Below, in pieces: positions 1 through 9,450 of a stretch of 34,053 nucleotides of DNA. Each line of letters starts with the position of its first letter. Within the stretch, counting starts at the first letter, position 1. This stretch comes from a virus. Below the pieces are notes generated by a model that searched no databases, had not been told where the DNA came from, and saw only the letters and a program-made list of their open reading frames with translations. The stretch lies in the UHGV virus genome UHGV-0175144; one strand, 5' to 3'. Position numbers and translations under genes: made by a program.

Positions 1-47
1 AGACTTACCTGCGGTTACTTGCGTTTCTGAAGAATTGCGGAAAAGGC

Positions 48-70
48 TTCGATCCCCTTCATCTCCACCA
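48..70 (+). other. att core: 3' fragment of an Ala-accepting RNA (tRNA-Ala or tmRNA), probably attP
   Basis: TTCGATC-CCCTT-CATCTCC-A-CCA matches T-loop, 3' T-stem, 3' acceptor strand (U70), discriminator A and CCA. The upstream sequence does not form the 5' part of a tRNA. Confidence 0.8.
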
Positions 71-184
71 TTTATTTAATGCAAAATACCCCTGTTTACC
101 TGCACAAATGTAGAGCGGGGGAATTTCTTTTTCAGCCAAAGTGTCGTTTTTCGTCACATATCTCTACCAGGCGTTTTAATTTCT

Positions 185-213
185 TGGGTCATACGATGGG
201 TCATAAATGGGTC
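185..213 (+). repeat. Integrase arm-type site repeats (TGGGTCATA x2 plus TGGGTC)
   Basis: Direct repeats at 185, 197 and 208. GGGTCATAAATGGGTC (198-213) recurs exactly at 34007-34022. Confidence 0.75.
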
Positions 214-236
214 TCGTTTATAGTCTTTGAGACAAT

Positions 237-273
237 AAAAAATGGCCCTCTCACAGCAATGAGAAGGCCATTT
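237..273 (-). terminator. Intrinsic terminator ending the late/lysis transcript
   Basis: AAATGGCCCTCTCA-CAGCAA-TGAGAAGGCCATTT stem-loop with a T-tract on the - strand, just after the stop at 275. Confidence 0.7.
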
Positions 274-274
274 A

Positions 275-457
275 CTAAGCGATTACGCTTACTTTTTGTT
301 CGTTTTCAAACCACGTGATTTTAGCCGCTAAAAAGTGTTGCTTACAATACGCTCGCGCTTCGTCTTTGGTGGCGAATTGCTTCGTGCGGTCCTTGCGATA
401 CATAAATCCCATACCTTGCGGCTGGTGATACCACACCGTAAGCTTCCAGCTATCCAT
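275..457 (-). CDS. Small hypothetical protein (~60 aa) after the endolysin
   Basis: ATG at 457 with GAGGA upstream overlaps the endolysin stop; the ORF ends just before the terminator. Confidence 0.55.
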   Translation of the reverse strand: MDSWKLTVWYHQPQGMGFMYRKDRTKQFATKDEARAYCKQHFLAAKITWFENEQKVSVIA

Positions 458-1439
458 TTGGTTTGTCCTCAATTAGGGTGCAGTTACTGTCAAACTCATA
501 TTCTTTGCCATCGATAGTCTGCTTGCCACATACAAGCGCCCCACGAGGACCACCAGAGCTAGGATTGGCATAATACTTTTTACCATTAACCTCAATCCAG
601 CCTGTATCCATAGAGCCGTACAGACCGGCTTCGTGAGTATCGTGCAACCAGTACCAGTGCTCACCGTCTTGCAGCCACCCTGTAGCCATGCTTCCATTTG
701 CGCGGAAGTAATACCACCTATCATCGATAAACTGCCAGCCGACAACCATAGATCCAGAATCGCTCAGATAATACCAGTAGCCTTTATGCTTCTGCCATCC
801 TGTTGCCATCCAACCGTTCGCGTCAAAGTAATACCACTTGTCATCGATAAGCTCCCACCCATTGGAGGTGTAAGAGCCATCGGCATGTTGGTACCACCAA
901 CAATGACTCATGGTGCCTTGTCCGCGCTTCCAGCCCCCACCTGCTGTAATGATGCCATGAAGTCTATTCCACTTAGCATTGTTTACATAAGGCGCGGGGC
1001 AGTGCTTGTGTGGGGCAAGCGTGCGACCTTGACGTACATGGTCTACCACATCGTAGTGGCGTATTACGTGGCTTGCTGGTATGCCGTACTTCTGCATAAG
1101 GTGTTGTACAAGATAGGTAAGTTCAGCAATTTCTGCGCTGCTAAAATCTCGACCATCCGAAACTACCTCAATAGAGATTGAGCGTTGGTTCATGTCGAAA
1201 TTGCCTACAGCCCAGGCGGTATCGCCCTCGGCTACAGATTGGTAAATTGTGCCTGAGCCATCAGCGAAGAAATGCGCAGATGAATTACGGTTACCACCAC
1301 TAAAATACTTGCAATTATTGCGCGCACTTGCTTGAGATGCTGTGTAATGCACCACGATATATTCAGGCTTTTTACCACCACGCCCACGTGTATAAGTGCT
1401 CGGATGCGCCCAAATTGCTTGCCAAGGATACCACGCCAT
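450..1439 (-). CDS. Endolysin: N-acetylmuramoyl-L-alanine amidase (Amidase_2 type) with C-terminal choline-binding-type (CW_binding) repeats
   Basis: IVVHYTA, SAHFF, SISIEV, VIRHYD, KHCP amidase motifs; repeated GW...WYYF...GxMxTGW units. Confidence 0.92.
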   Translation of the reverse strand: MAWYPWQAIWAHPSTYTRGRGGKKPEYIVVHYTASQASARNNCKYFSGGNRNSSAHFFADGSGTIYQSVAEGDTAWAVGNFDMNQRSISIEVVSDGRDFSSAEIAELTYLVQHLMQKYGIPASHVIRHYDVVDHVRQGRTLAPHKHCPAPYVNNAKWNRLHGIITAGGGWKRGQGTMSHCWWYQHADGSYTSNGWELIDDKWYYFDANGWMATGWQKHKGYWYYLSDSGSMVVGWQFIDDRWYYFRANGSMATGWLQDGEHWYWLHDTHEAGLYGSMDTGWIEVNGKKYYANPSSGGPRGALVCGKQTIDGKEYEFDSNCTLIEDKPNG

Positions 1440-1855
1440 TAGTGCTCACCCTTATCGTTTGAGCTGTCCTGCACAGTTTTAAGCAGACGAAATACGGCGT
1501 TATTAGCAAGCTCGGGGTTGATTGAACCGATAATCTCAAGGATGGACGCAACTTCTGCGCAAATAAGTGCAACGCACGTGCCAAGAAGTACAGGTGTGGT
1601 CGTGCCGAGGTTAAGACCACCGGTCAAAGCGCCGTCCACAACAACACCGAGAAGGATTAAGCACAGCTCGCTGCCTTTGTGCATAGCGCCCTCGCGTGCC
1701 TTATAGGATGCGTACTGATGGTTAGACGCTGCGTGGATTGAGCCAATAAGAACATCAGTAAGCATCAGTACGAGCACTGCCGTAAGTGCTACTTTTACTT
1801 GCTGTGAGTCGCGTATTTGAGCTAGATATACGTCAATAAAGTATGGGATAGTCAT
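1439..1855 (-). CDS. Holin (Phage_holin_4-like)
   Basis: 138 aa, about three hydrophobic segments, EVASILE motif, directly upstream of the endolysin with a TAATG overlap. Confidence 0.85.
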   Translation of the reverse strand: MTIPYFIDVYLAQIRDSQQVKVALTAVLVLMLTDVLIGSIHAASNHQYASYKAREGAMHKGSELCLILLGVVVDGALTGGLNLGTTTPVLLGTCVALICAEVASILEIIGSINPELANNAVFRLLKTVQDSSNDKGEH

Positions 1856-1875
1856 AATTGTTCCTTTCGTAAATT

Positions 1876-2682
1876 TTAGATAGTTGGATAGGCAAAAGAG
1901 CCATGAATGTAATTGTTGCCAAGCGACTGTCCGCCGCGGTTTGATGCTTCAACGCGCCCACTGTTATCGATGTATAAGGCGACGTTAGCTACTTTGTTTT
2001 CAGTAGTGCAGCTTACCTCCCACTTATGTGCTGGGCGCATGCCCTCAGGCATGGTAAGCATGGCTTGACTTGCCCAGGCGCCATCAAGATTTGGATTAAG
2101 CGTAAAAGTGCCGTAGACGATTTTTCCGACACGAACAGCGTATAGGCCGTTTTGGTCGAATGTTTGCACTTCGCTCGCTTTTGCATCTGCTGTATTTAGG
2201 TCATCGATGGATGGGAGCTTTTTGGCGAGCGTGATTACCCTGGGCAGCTCAAGTCCACGCACTTCAACGCGAAATAGCGGTGTTTCAACTGATGTAGCCC
2301 CGCTAAGAATGTCCCCGGTCTTGTATGTGGGGTCTGCCGCATCGGATGTGGTGGCTTCGCCAGATATGGCCTTGACAGTAATCTCCTCAACTCCAGAAGA
2401 CGCTACTTTTGAATATGCCAATACGACCAAATCATTGCGATTGCGTCCTGTAATGCCGCTTGCGATATTTACCTGTGTGTTGGCTTCCAAGACACAAGGG
2501 CGACCATTTACAACAGCCACGCCTTTTGTGATGCTAAGTGCATTTGCGCTTGCCATAGACGGCTCAAAGCCAGAGCAGATGTATGTCCCTGGACCAAAGA
2601 TTGCGGCTTGGATAGCGCCCATTTGGGCCGAGGTAATGTGGTTCTTGCCCTGCTTGCCCGTGACAAGGATGTTTGTCGCCAT
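1876..2682 (-). CDS. Tail fibre/baseplate protein with a C-terminal receptor-binding-like domain
   Basis: Position at the end of the tail module; N-terminal GxAVVNGR...RxDLVV pattern; C-terminal RVGKIV...MPEGMRP domain. Confidence 0.7.
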   Translation of the reverse strand: MATNILVTGKQGKNHITSAQMGAIQAAIFGPGTYICSGFEPSMASANALSITKGVAVVNGRPCVLEANTQVNIASGITGRNRNDLVVLAYSKVASSGVEEITVKAISGEATTSDAADPTYKTGDILSGATSVETPLFRVEVRGLELPRVITLAKKLPSIDDLNTADAKASEVQTFDQNGLYAVRVGKIVYGTFTLNPNLDGAWASQAMLTMPEGMRPAHKWEVSCTTENKVANVALYIDNSGRVEASNRGGQSLGNNYIHGSFAYPTI

Positions 2683-2685
2683 AGC

Positions 2686-2916
2686 TTACTCCTTGCCCTT
2701 CATAAAAGTGTTGAACTCCCGGTCGTGGCGGTCCATGAGTTCCCTGCACTTGAGATAGCACGCATCGCACAAGATGAAGTTCTGCATGGTTCCATCAGAA
2801 CGAGTACGCCCAAATTCATGGAAGTAATTAGCATCTGCGGTGCCTTCCTTGGCACACTTGTGATGCTCTGGGTTACGGTCGCATATATAGTCGGTAAGGC
2901 CCGTTTCTTTTGGCAT
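2686..2916 (-). CDS. Small Cys/His-rich hypothetical protein (76 aa)
   Basis: AAGGAG RBS; CDRNPEHHKC...LCDAC; abuts the next gene. Confidence 0.65.
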   Translation of the reverse strand: MPKETGLTDYICDRNPEHHKCAKEGTADANYFHEFGRTRSDGTMQNFILCDACYLKCRELMDRHDREFNTFMKGKE

Positions 2917-2964
2917 GCACAGTCTCCTTTCGTTTTATTTGACCAGCGCGTTTTCCTCGCACAT

Positions 2965-2984
2965 ATTTTCTGCTGCTGGTAACG
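2965..2984 (-). promoter_or_regulatory. Putative late promoter motif, copy D
   Basis: CGTTACC-AGCAGCA-GAAAAT in the 76-nt intergenic gap. Confidence 0.55.
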
Positions 2985-2992
2985 AAAGGGAT

Positions 2993-4558
2993 CTATTCTG
3001 TCGTATATGCGAAATTGGCATAAATGTTTTGGTTGCCGAGCGATACACCACCAACGTTCCAGGCGGTCATTACACCGTCTGTGCGGATTTCTACAGCCAC
3101 ATTGGCATTGGTGTTTGCAGTTGTGCAGCTCGTCTCGATATTGAATGTTGGGCGCATGCCTTCTGGGAGCGTTCCGATTACTTGTGACGCCCATGAGCTT
3201 GTGAGATTTGCTTTAAAGCCATTGATAGTTCCTGCTACGAACTTACCGACGCGACGGGCACGAATGCCGTTTTTACTATCGTATTCTTGCGTGGCAACAA
3301 GGGCCGCTACATCTACGCTTCCTGCCTTTTTCGCTGCTTCCAAGGCTTCTGTGGCAGTGGCATTAGCTACGTCTGCTGTAGATTGCGCCTTAGCAATATC
3401 TATCTTTATCTGTGGGAGTTCCGCGGTTACATTCGACAGAGAAGCATTTACGACGTCCACATCATTTTTTACAGCGTCAAGTTTTGGTTGGGTGACGTCT
3501 GCTGTAATGGTGGCATTGCTAATTTTTATGCCCTCTCCAGCCGTATATGTAATTCCGCCACCGCTGCTTGCACCAACAGAGCCACTTAGAGATGTGCTTT
3601 GCGCAGTGCCGCCGACAGTGTATTCAATAGACACGTCATCACCAGCACAAGTTACAATTTTCTTAGTAACCTGTGCGGATACCTCCATTGCCGTATTTAT
3701 ATCGTAAGATGTGATGATGTCACCAACAGCGTAACTCGCATCTGACTTTAGGTTTATATCGGCCGAGGATGCGTTTTGCAGCTCTTTAAGCTTTTTTATT
3801 CCTTCTCGCTCGAGCTCTTCTGCTTCTGCACCGTTGTAGTCGTATTTTTCTTCTACTTCATCAACGCCAAAAATGGACTGCGTCTTACTCACATTGCCCT
3901 TAGCGTCTGCATACAAATCGATAACAGTTCGGTCTTTAAGTTCGCCCTTGCCCAGACACACGAGGTGGTTCACAGGGTGGTGGGTGTGTTTGAAATTATG
4001 GTCCACCACATCTGTATCCAAGGCTGGGTGTGATGTGATTTGCACCGCTTCAAGACTTATGGTCTTGCCATCCATCCATACAAACTTTGGGCGTGCATTT
4101 TGCGCCTTAAGCATTTTTACAATGCCCGTATAGGCGTCAATAAAACGGTCAAATTGGTACTTGGCCATAAACGGTGATGCGCTGTCTGCCACTTTAATAA
4201 GGCTGTCCAGGCCACACTGCCTAATGATGTCGCGCAAGGCTGCATGCACTTCATTATTTATGACGAGATAATCCGCCCCTGCTGGTGGGCGAATAATCTT
4301 TGATGCCAAAAGACCATGTACAGAGCGCCCAGAGTACTTATAGGTGCCAGCTGCACTATCGTACGAATACGAATCGACGACGCCACCATACTCTGTACCC
4401 TCTATATACACTCGAGCGCCTTTTGAGATGCGAATATTGCTTTCTGCATCAAGCGTAAGCTCAAAATTGTTCTCGCCACTGCCAAATGCACAATCAAAAT
4501 AAGCGCGCTGTAAGATGCCTACATCATTGCCCGCTTCGTCCGTATAGATAATATCCAA
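2993..4558 (-). CDS. Tail tip/baseplate hub protein (Tal/Gp37-like) with coiled coil and C-terminal receptor-binding-like domain
   Basis: Follows Dit; GENNFEL, EYGG, LGKGELKDR, VGDII motifs; YTAGEGIKI linker; C-terminal LPEGMRP domain. Confidence 0.75.
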   Translation of the reverse strand: MDIIYTDEAGNDVGILQRAYFDCAFGSGENNFELTLDAESNIRISKGARVYIEGTEYGGVVDSYSYDSAAGTYKYSGRSVHGLLASKIIRPPAGADYLVINNEVHAALRDIIRQCGLDSLIKVADSASPFMAKYQFDRFIDAYTGIVKMLKAQNARPKFVWMDGKTISLEAVQITSHPALDTDVVDHNFKHTHHPVNHLVCLGKGELKDRTVIDLYADAKGNVSKTQSIFGVDEVEEKYDYNGAEAEELEREGIKKLKELQNASSADINLKSDASYAVGDIITSYDINTAMEVSAQVTKKIVTCAGDDVSIEYTVGGTAQSTSLSGSVGASSGGGITYTAGEGIKISNATITADVTQPKLDAVKNDVDVVNASLSNVTAELPQIKIDIAKAQSTADVANATATEALEAAKKAGSVDVAALVATQEYDSKNGIRARRVGKFVAGTINGFKANLTSSWASQVIGTLPEGMRPTFNIETSCTTANTNANVAVEIRTDGVMTAWNVGGVSLGNQNIYANFAYTTE

Positions 4559-4560
4559 GG

Positions 4561-5430
4561 CTACTTACCTCCCAGCTCAAATGGAGGAAGGCTGCGCATT
4601 TCGTAAAGCGTAATATCAAACAGATACGTGTTGTCGTATGTCACCGTTTGTGTGCCTGGGTGAATTGGCTCAAAAATGTAGGAGCCGGAGCCTTTTGCGC
4701 CGCGGGCACGCTCGGAAAGAATGCTTGTCCTGCGCCCTTGCTCGTCAATCAGTGTGATAGTTTTTTGCGCCGTATCTACCTCTAGAGTCTGTCCCTCGCG
4801 CACACTGGTATTGATTTTATAGGTGTTATCACCAATCCTGATATAAGGGTTGGTAGCAGGGCCATACACACGCCACAAGAATTGCGTATCGAACACTCCT
4901 GGGACATCTAGCATGTGTGAGCTTGCAGAGCCTGCCAAGTCATGCTCAAAGTCGTATTCAAAGTCTGCGCCTAAGATGGCGTCGCTATCTTGCATGGTAA
5001 TTGGCGCATATTGCGTGGTAGTCTCATGTATCCATTCGCATTTTTCGCAAACCAAAGACAGCTCAATTTCTGCGATACAGTCGCTTAGCCAATAATTGGA
5101 GAATGACACACCGACAACCCAGCATGGGAGGTACCAATCTCCCACATAGAGACGCCCTGGGCGCTTGGCCATGATGTCATACTCGCCAATTTGTGCAATG
5201 TAATTAGATTTTGCGATACCTTCTTTTGCGGTCTTGGCCATAATGCCGACAGGTAGCTTCTTTTCCTCCAAGCCGTGCTTAAAACTGGAGATGCGCGTCT
5301 TTGCCACGCCTGTTTCATATGTCCATGAGTTTGCGCGCAAGTCATGCTGGAGGTAATGAAGATCCTCGTCCGAGCCACCAAATTGCACATCCTTGCCGTT
5401 ATTGCTCACATAGGTGATGTCAGTTCTCAT
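4561..5430 (-). CDS. Distal tail protein (Dit-like)
   Basis: Immediately after the tape measure gene; VYGPATNPYIRIG...LEVDT...IHPG pattern. Confidence 0.7.
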   Translation of the reverse strand: MRTDITYVSNNGKDVQFGGSDEDLHYLQHDLRANSWTYETGVAKTRISSFKHGLEEKKLPVGIMAKTAKEGIAKSNYIAQIGEYDIMAKRPGRLYVGDWYLPCWVVGVSFSNYWLSDCIAEIELSLVCEKCEWIHETTTQYAPITMQDSDAILGADFEYDFEHDLAGSASSHMLDVPGVFDTQFLWRVYGPATNPYIRIGDNTYKINTSVREGQTLEVDTAQKTITLIDEQGRRTSILSERARGAKGSGSYIFEPIHPGTQTVTYDNTYLFDITLYEMRSLPPFELGGK

Positions 5431-8351
5431 AGGGTAGGTATCGCCTCTCTCATAACGCGTGCCACCTCACGGCGGTTGTAGCTAACTTCGACAGGCTGGG
5501 CCAGTGCTTGAGAAAGCCGTACGCCCATTACATCAATGCGGTGTGCGAGGTATGCAATGTCACTATTACGGCTAGTCCCACGATTGAGCTCGCCCATAAG
5601 CTCGGCTAAGTTCTGTGCCAGTGGAAGCAGACTTGCCTTATTTAGTGGCAGAGCATATTCGGTGCCAGCTTCGCCAAAACCATGGCCAGAGCCAAAGACG
5701 GTAGGGCCATCAAAACGTGCGCCTTCTGCATGCCAAGATATATCAAGGCTAGGAATTGAGCCTTTAAGTAAATCGCCAATCTGCCATCCCTTAGGGCTAA
5801 TGCCGAAATGCGGCACCGGGATATGTGGCCATGAAATCTTAAAGCTAAAGAAGCCTTTGATAGCGTCAATGATGCCTTTTACTTTATCTCGTGCAGCGCC
5901 CATCTTGTCGCCGATAGCATTACCAATATTGGTAAAAATGTTTTTGACAGTTCCAAAAATGCCATTAAAGGCAGCTTGGAATGTCTGCGCGATGGTATTA
6001 AGGATGCCTGTTAGCGTGCCAACAAGCGCATTAAACACACCACCGATAAAGTTACCAATACCACCGACGATGTTCTGTACGCCATCTGCGGCCATTTGCC
6101 AGTTGCCCGTAAATACTCCTACAAACACACCAATAATGGTCTGGATTACGCCACATACGGTCTGAATTACACCAGAGATAGCTTGCATAGCACCGCTAAT
6201 GATTGCTCCTGCAATCTGGAAGGCACCACCAAGTACGGTCATTACCACAGATGCAATTGTGCTTAGTTCACCCACCACCAATGTGGCAATTGTCGTAAAT
6301 ACGCCAATGATGGTTGGAAGCAAAGGCTCGATAATTCCCCATGCTGTCTGGAAGCCTTGGACAATCTGGTCAAAGCCGCTCTTAAGCATGCCTACCATGC
6401 TCTCAAAAGCTGGACCTAAGATGCCTGCTGCTTGTCCCGCAAGGTCACCAATAAAGCCTGCGACCTGCTTCAGAACATCGCAAAACGTCTGAATATAAGG
6501 CTCTGCGTTTTTAAGAATGCCAGCAAGGCTACTGATGCCATCTGCCAAGCCACCAGAGATTGCCTGCACTATGCCGGGGACTTGAGATGCAATATCGCCA
6601 ATGGCTGGGCCAAAGCTAGACGCAATAATTCCTGCAATTTCGCCGAATACGCCGAATAGATTGCTCAATGCTCCCTGCAGCTCTGGGCTTGCTGCGGTAA
6701 GTCCTAAGAACGCTGCCACGCATATGCCTATAGGCCCTCCGATACCGCCTAGAAGGCTTGTGAGTGGTCCCAGAAGGGCACTTACGCCAGGAATGGCACC
6801 AAGCACTCCTGCAAGACCTCCTGCAGACCATGCTAGGAATGCACCAGCCACCAAGCCTATGACAGGCGCAAGACCACTAAGAGGACCATTTGCAACACCC
6901 TCAATGGCACCACCCAGCTTTTCGATAAAGCCTTTTGCGCCTTCTACTACAGGTGCCAAAGACCCGGACAGCTGTTCTATAAACGGTTTTATGGCTTCTG
7001 TAGCCTTGTCAATAACAGGGATAAGAGCCTGGAAGATTCCAGTAAGTCCTTGCAATATTGGACCTGCGATAGGCTCACCCAGGCGCGAAAGAGCCGCTTT
7101 TACATTTGCAAAAGAGCCGACAAAGGTCTTGCCCGCGGTCTGGGCGGTATTGCCCAAAGATTCATTCATGGCTTCGGAGAATGTCTTAAAGTCAATTTTT
7201 CCGGAAGACACCATCTCTTGGACTTCTTTTTGTGTCTTACCAAGATGCTTGCCCAAGATGTCGAGAACAGGAATGCCCGCCATCATGAGCTGGTGCATGT
7301 CTTGGCCTTGCAATTTGCCTAGGGCAGCTACAGAGCCCCAAATAACACCCATATCAGTAAGAGAGCGCTGAGAGACCGCGGCAGCTCCTGCCACACCTTT
7401 AAGAGACGTCACCATCTCTTCGCCTTCTTTTACGCCAGACGCGCTTAAGGTAGCCGCACTTGACGCCGCTTCGCCCAGGCCAAATGCGGTTCCGCGAACA
7501 GAGGTTAGGGCATTGTCCATAATTGCGGACACTGAGTCTGCGCTATGGCCAAGACCGGTAAGCTTCGCCTTTGCGTTATCAATATTGATGGCACGGTCAA
7601 ATCCGCCTTTAAGAATTGCTCCGCCAAGAGCTGCGGTAAGCGCTCCTGCCACGCCTTGCGCCTTACTGGCAATCTCGCCAAGCTTGCCCACGATGGTAGC
7701 CGCACCTTTAACTGCAGCCGCCCCTGCGGAAGTAAACGCCTTGATGGCAGCTAAATTGAAGCTTGCAAAGCCGCTTGCGGCGCTTGAAATACCCGCGCCG
7801 ATTTTAGACAAAGGGCCAGACAGGGCAGTGCCGACAGGGGCAAGTTTTCGTGTGATGGACGAGCCAAAAGAGGATATAGTGCTTCCCGCTTTTTGGACGT
7901 ATCCACCAATCTTGTTAAATGCCGGCGCAAAAGTTGTCTGAATAGATCCTGCTGCGTTTTTTGCGAAATTGCCTACATGGCCAGAGATATTTGAGAAGAC
8001 AGTTTTTGCATTTGTCGCGACGCTCTGAAAAACTTTAGTGACTGGTTGTAGCTTTTGGGAGACAATGCGCGCAACTGGGCTAAGTGCTACTGAAAACAGT
8101 CCTGCAAATCCAGAGAAAATATTAGACGTTGCTGTTGCCATAGAAGATACCGCAGACACAACTTTTTTGACCGCAGCAGTGGCCTGCGGCGTCATTTGTT
8201 TAATCGACGAGAGCATCTTTTTGCCCACATCTGGCAAGTTTTTCTCTATGCGCTCTGCTGCAGATTTTGCCTTACCCTCAAGCTCTGCTAGGGCAGATTT
8301 AAAGCTTGTATTATCGCCAAGGATTTTAAAGACGACTGTACCGTCTGCCAC
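5427..8351 (-). CDS. Tail tape measure protein
   Basis: 974 aa, Ala/Gly-rich amphipathic helices, tape-measure domain (GTAFGLGEAA...GKLQGQD...GIPV...GKIDF), starts MADGTVV. Confidence 0.92.
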   Translation of the reverse strand: MADGTVVFKILGDNTSFKSALAELEGKAKSAAERIEKNLPDVGKKMLSSIKQMTPQATAAVKKVVSAVSSMATATSNIFSGFAGLFSVALSPVARIVSQKLQPVTKVFQSVATNAKTVFSNISGHVGNFAKNAAGSIQTTFAPAFNKIGGYVQKAGSTISSFGSSITRKLAPVGTALSGPLSKIGAGISSAASGFASFNLAAIKAFTSAGAAAVKGAATIVGKLGEIASKAQGVAGALTAALGGAILKGGFDRAINIDNAKAKLTGLGHSADSVSAIMDNALTSVRGTAFGLGEAASSAATLSASGVKEGEEMVTSLKGVAGAAAVSQRSLTDMGVIWGSVAALGKLQGQDMHQLMMAGIPVLDILGKHLGKTQKEVQEMVSSGKIDFKTFSEAMNESLGNTAQTAGKTFVGSFANVKAALSRLGEPIAGPILQGLTGIFQALIPVIDKATEAIKPFIEQLSGSLAPVVEGAKGFIEKLGGAIEGVANGPLSGLAPVIGLVAGAFLAWSAGGLAGVLGAIPGVSALLGPLTSLLGGIGGPIGICVAAFLGLTAASPELQGALSNLFGVFGEIAGIIASSFGPAIGDIASQVPGIVQAISGGLADGISSLAGILKNAEPYIQTFCDVLKQVAGFIGDLAGQAAGILGPAFESMVGMLKSGFDQIVQGFQTAWGIIEPLLPTIIGVFTTIATLVVGELSTIASVVMTVLGGAFQIAGAIISGAMQAISGVIQTVCGVIQTIIGVFVGVFTGNWQMAADGVQNIVGGIGNFIGGVFNALVGTLTGILNTIAQTFQAAFNGIFGTVKNIFTNIGNAIGDKMGAARDKVKGIIDAIKGFFSFKISWPHIPVPHFGISPKGWQIGDLLKGSIPSLDISWHAEGARFDGPTVFGSGHGFGEAGTEYALPLNKASLLPLAQNLAELMGELNRGTSRNSDIAYLAHRIDVMGVRLSQALAQPVEVSYNRREVARVMREAIPTL

Positions 8352-8354
8352 GTG

Positions 8355-8951
8355 CTACCACTCCTCCAGAATACGGGCGTTGTGCATCTTTACACGCTCA
8401 TATTCCGTGAGAGGTAACGACCAGGCTCTCTCAAGCGCCCTGTGCTGTTTGCGCTCATAGTCTGCGGCATCACTTGGCAGCGGGCGCCTTGCTTGCATGG
8501 CATTTGATGTTAGTGTGTCCATGGCACACATACCGCTAAATAGCAGTGCGAACTCATACCAATGTGCTTGGTAGACTGAGATGTCTATTCCGTAGATGTG
8601 TTTAAAGTCGATGCGCACAATGCCGCTGTCGGCTTCCCAATCAAACGTCTTTTTGCTGGTATTGTCACTGCTGCCATCACCGTATGGCATAGCTTGGCAA
8701 AAGGCACTATCGCGCCAATCGTAAGCCGCGCTAAGCGCCATATACGGGTTGTCTTTGACGATTTGGGGTATTTGCCCATTGCGCGCAAACCATGACGTGA
8801 GAAGTGCTGTAGCGTCCGTCAGGTTAAGCCCATCTTCATTGGACGATTGCAGGATATAGGAGCGGACAGCACGCCTCCATCCTGTACGGATTTTAACGTG
8901 CTGCCCTGCAATCTCAACTGTATCTGGTAAGGGACGAGTGAGCCAGTCCAT
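8355..8951 (-). CDS. Gp15-like tail assembly protein
   Basis: LPDTVEIAG...IRT.WR, FDWEAD, F..IYGID, HWYEF motifs; precedes the tape measure gene. Confidence 0.7.
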   Translation of the reverse strand: MDWLTRPLPDTVEIAGQHVKIRTGWRRAVRSYILQSSNEDGLNLTDATALLTSWFARNGQIPQIVKDNPYMALSAAYDWRDSAFCQAMPYGDGSSDNTSKKTFDWEADSGIVRIDFKHIYGIDISVYQAHWYEFALLFSGMCAMDTLTSNAMQARRPLPSDAADYERKQHRALERAWSLPLTEYERVKMHNARILEEW

Positions 8952-8953
8952 TG

Positions 8954-9397
8954 CTAGTCTTCATCGGATGTGGTGGCAAATTGTTCGATGCTGGCAGACA
9001 TGGCATCAATGCTTTTTTGCGACGTAGTGTTATCCAGGATGAAGTTCAGGACTGCCAAAAGGCGCGTGATATTAGAGCGGTTGCGACCACCCATAAGCTT
9101 TTGCGCCACGTCAGGCTCAATGAATGCAGACTCGATAATGGCCATACCACGGTCAGAGATCTCTTGCATGGCATCAAGGCCATCTTTAGTGTCTGCTCCC
9201 TCAAGCTTGCTAATCTCTTGGATAAGAGCGCGAATCTCAAGGGCATAGGTCATATTGCCCAGCTCTAAGTGATAAATTGCGCCGTCTACATCAATAGCTA
9301 AGGTAGGATTGGTTGGCGCCTTGAACTGGATTACGTCTGCTTGCTTTTTCTTGGTAGTCGCCTTTTTAGGGGCATTTGTTCCTGTCTTTTTAGGCAT
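8954..9397 (-). CDS. Putative tail assembly chaperone
   Basis: Position between major tail protein and Gp15-like gene; AGGAGG RBS. Confidence 0.6.
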   Translation of the reverse strand: MPKKTGTNAPKKATTKKKQADVIQFKAPTNPTLAIDVDGAIYHLELGNMTYALEIRALIQEISKLEGADTKDGLDAMQEISDRGMAIIESAFIEPDVAQKLMGGRNRSNITRLLAVLNFILDNTTSQKSIDAMSASIEQFATTSDED

Positions 9398-9429
9398 GTT
9401 TCCTCCTGCGGTGGATTTTACTTGCGCAT

Positions 9430-9449
9430 ATCTTCGGGCGCAGGTAACG
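9430..9449 (-). promoter_or_regulatory. Putative late promoter motif, copy C
   Basis: CGTTACC-TGCGCCC-GAAGAT directly after the hairpin downstream of the major tail gene. Confidence 0.55.
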
Positions 9450-9450
9450 C

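Noticed and set aside
1..70. Intact tRNA or tmRNA gene at the left end
   Set aside because: Only the T-loop-to-CCA portion matches. There is no GGGGATG 5' acceptor strand, D-arm or anticodon arm, and the T-stem has a C-C mismatch.
1876..3295. Diversity-generating retroelement or shufflon acting on the duplicated tail domains
   Set aside because: No reverse transcriptase or invertase gene, no adenine-specific near-identical repeat pair, and both copies are coding and in the same orientation.
8951..9020. Programmed -1 frameshift joining the tail chaperone to the Gp15-like ORF
   Set aside because: The downstream ORF is in the -1 frame but has a TGA at 8963-8961, leaving 9 nt of open frame. The A-run near 9013-9018 is upstream of that stop and not phased as X XXY YYZ.
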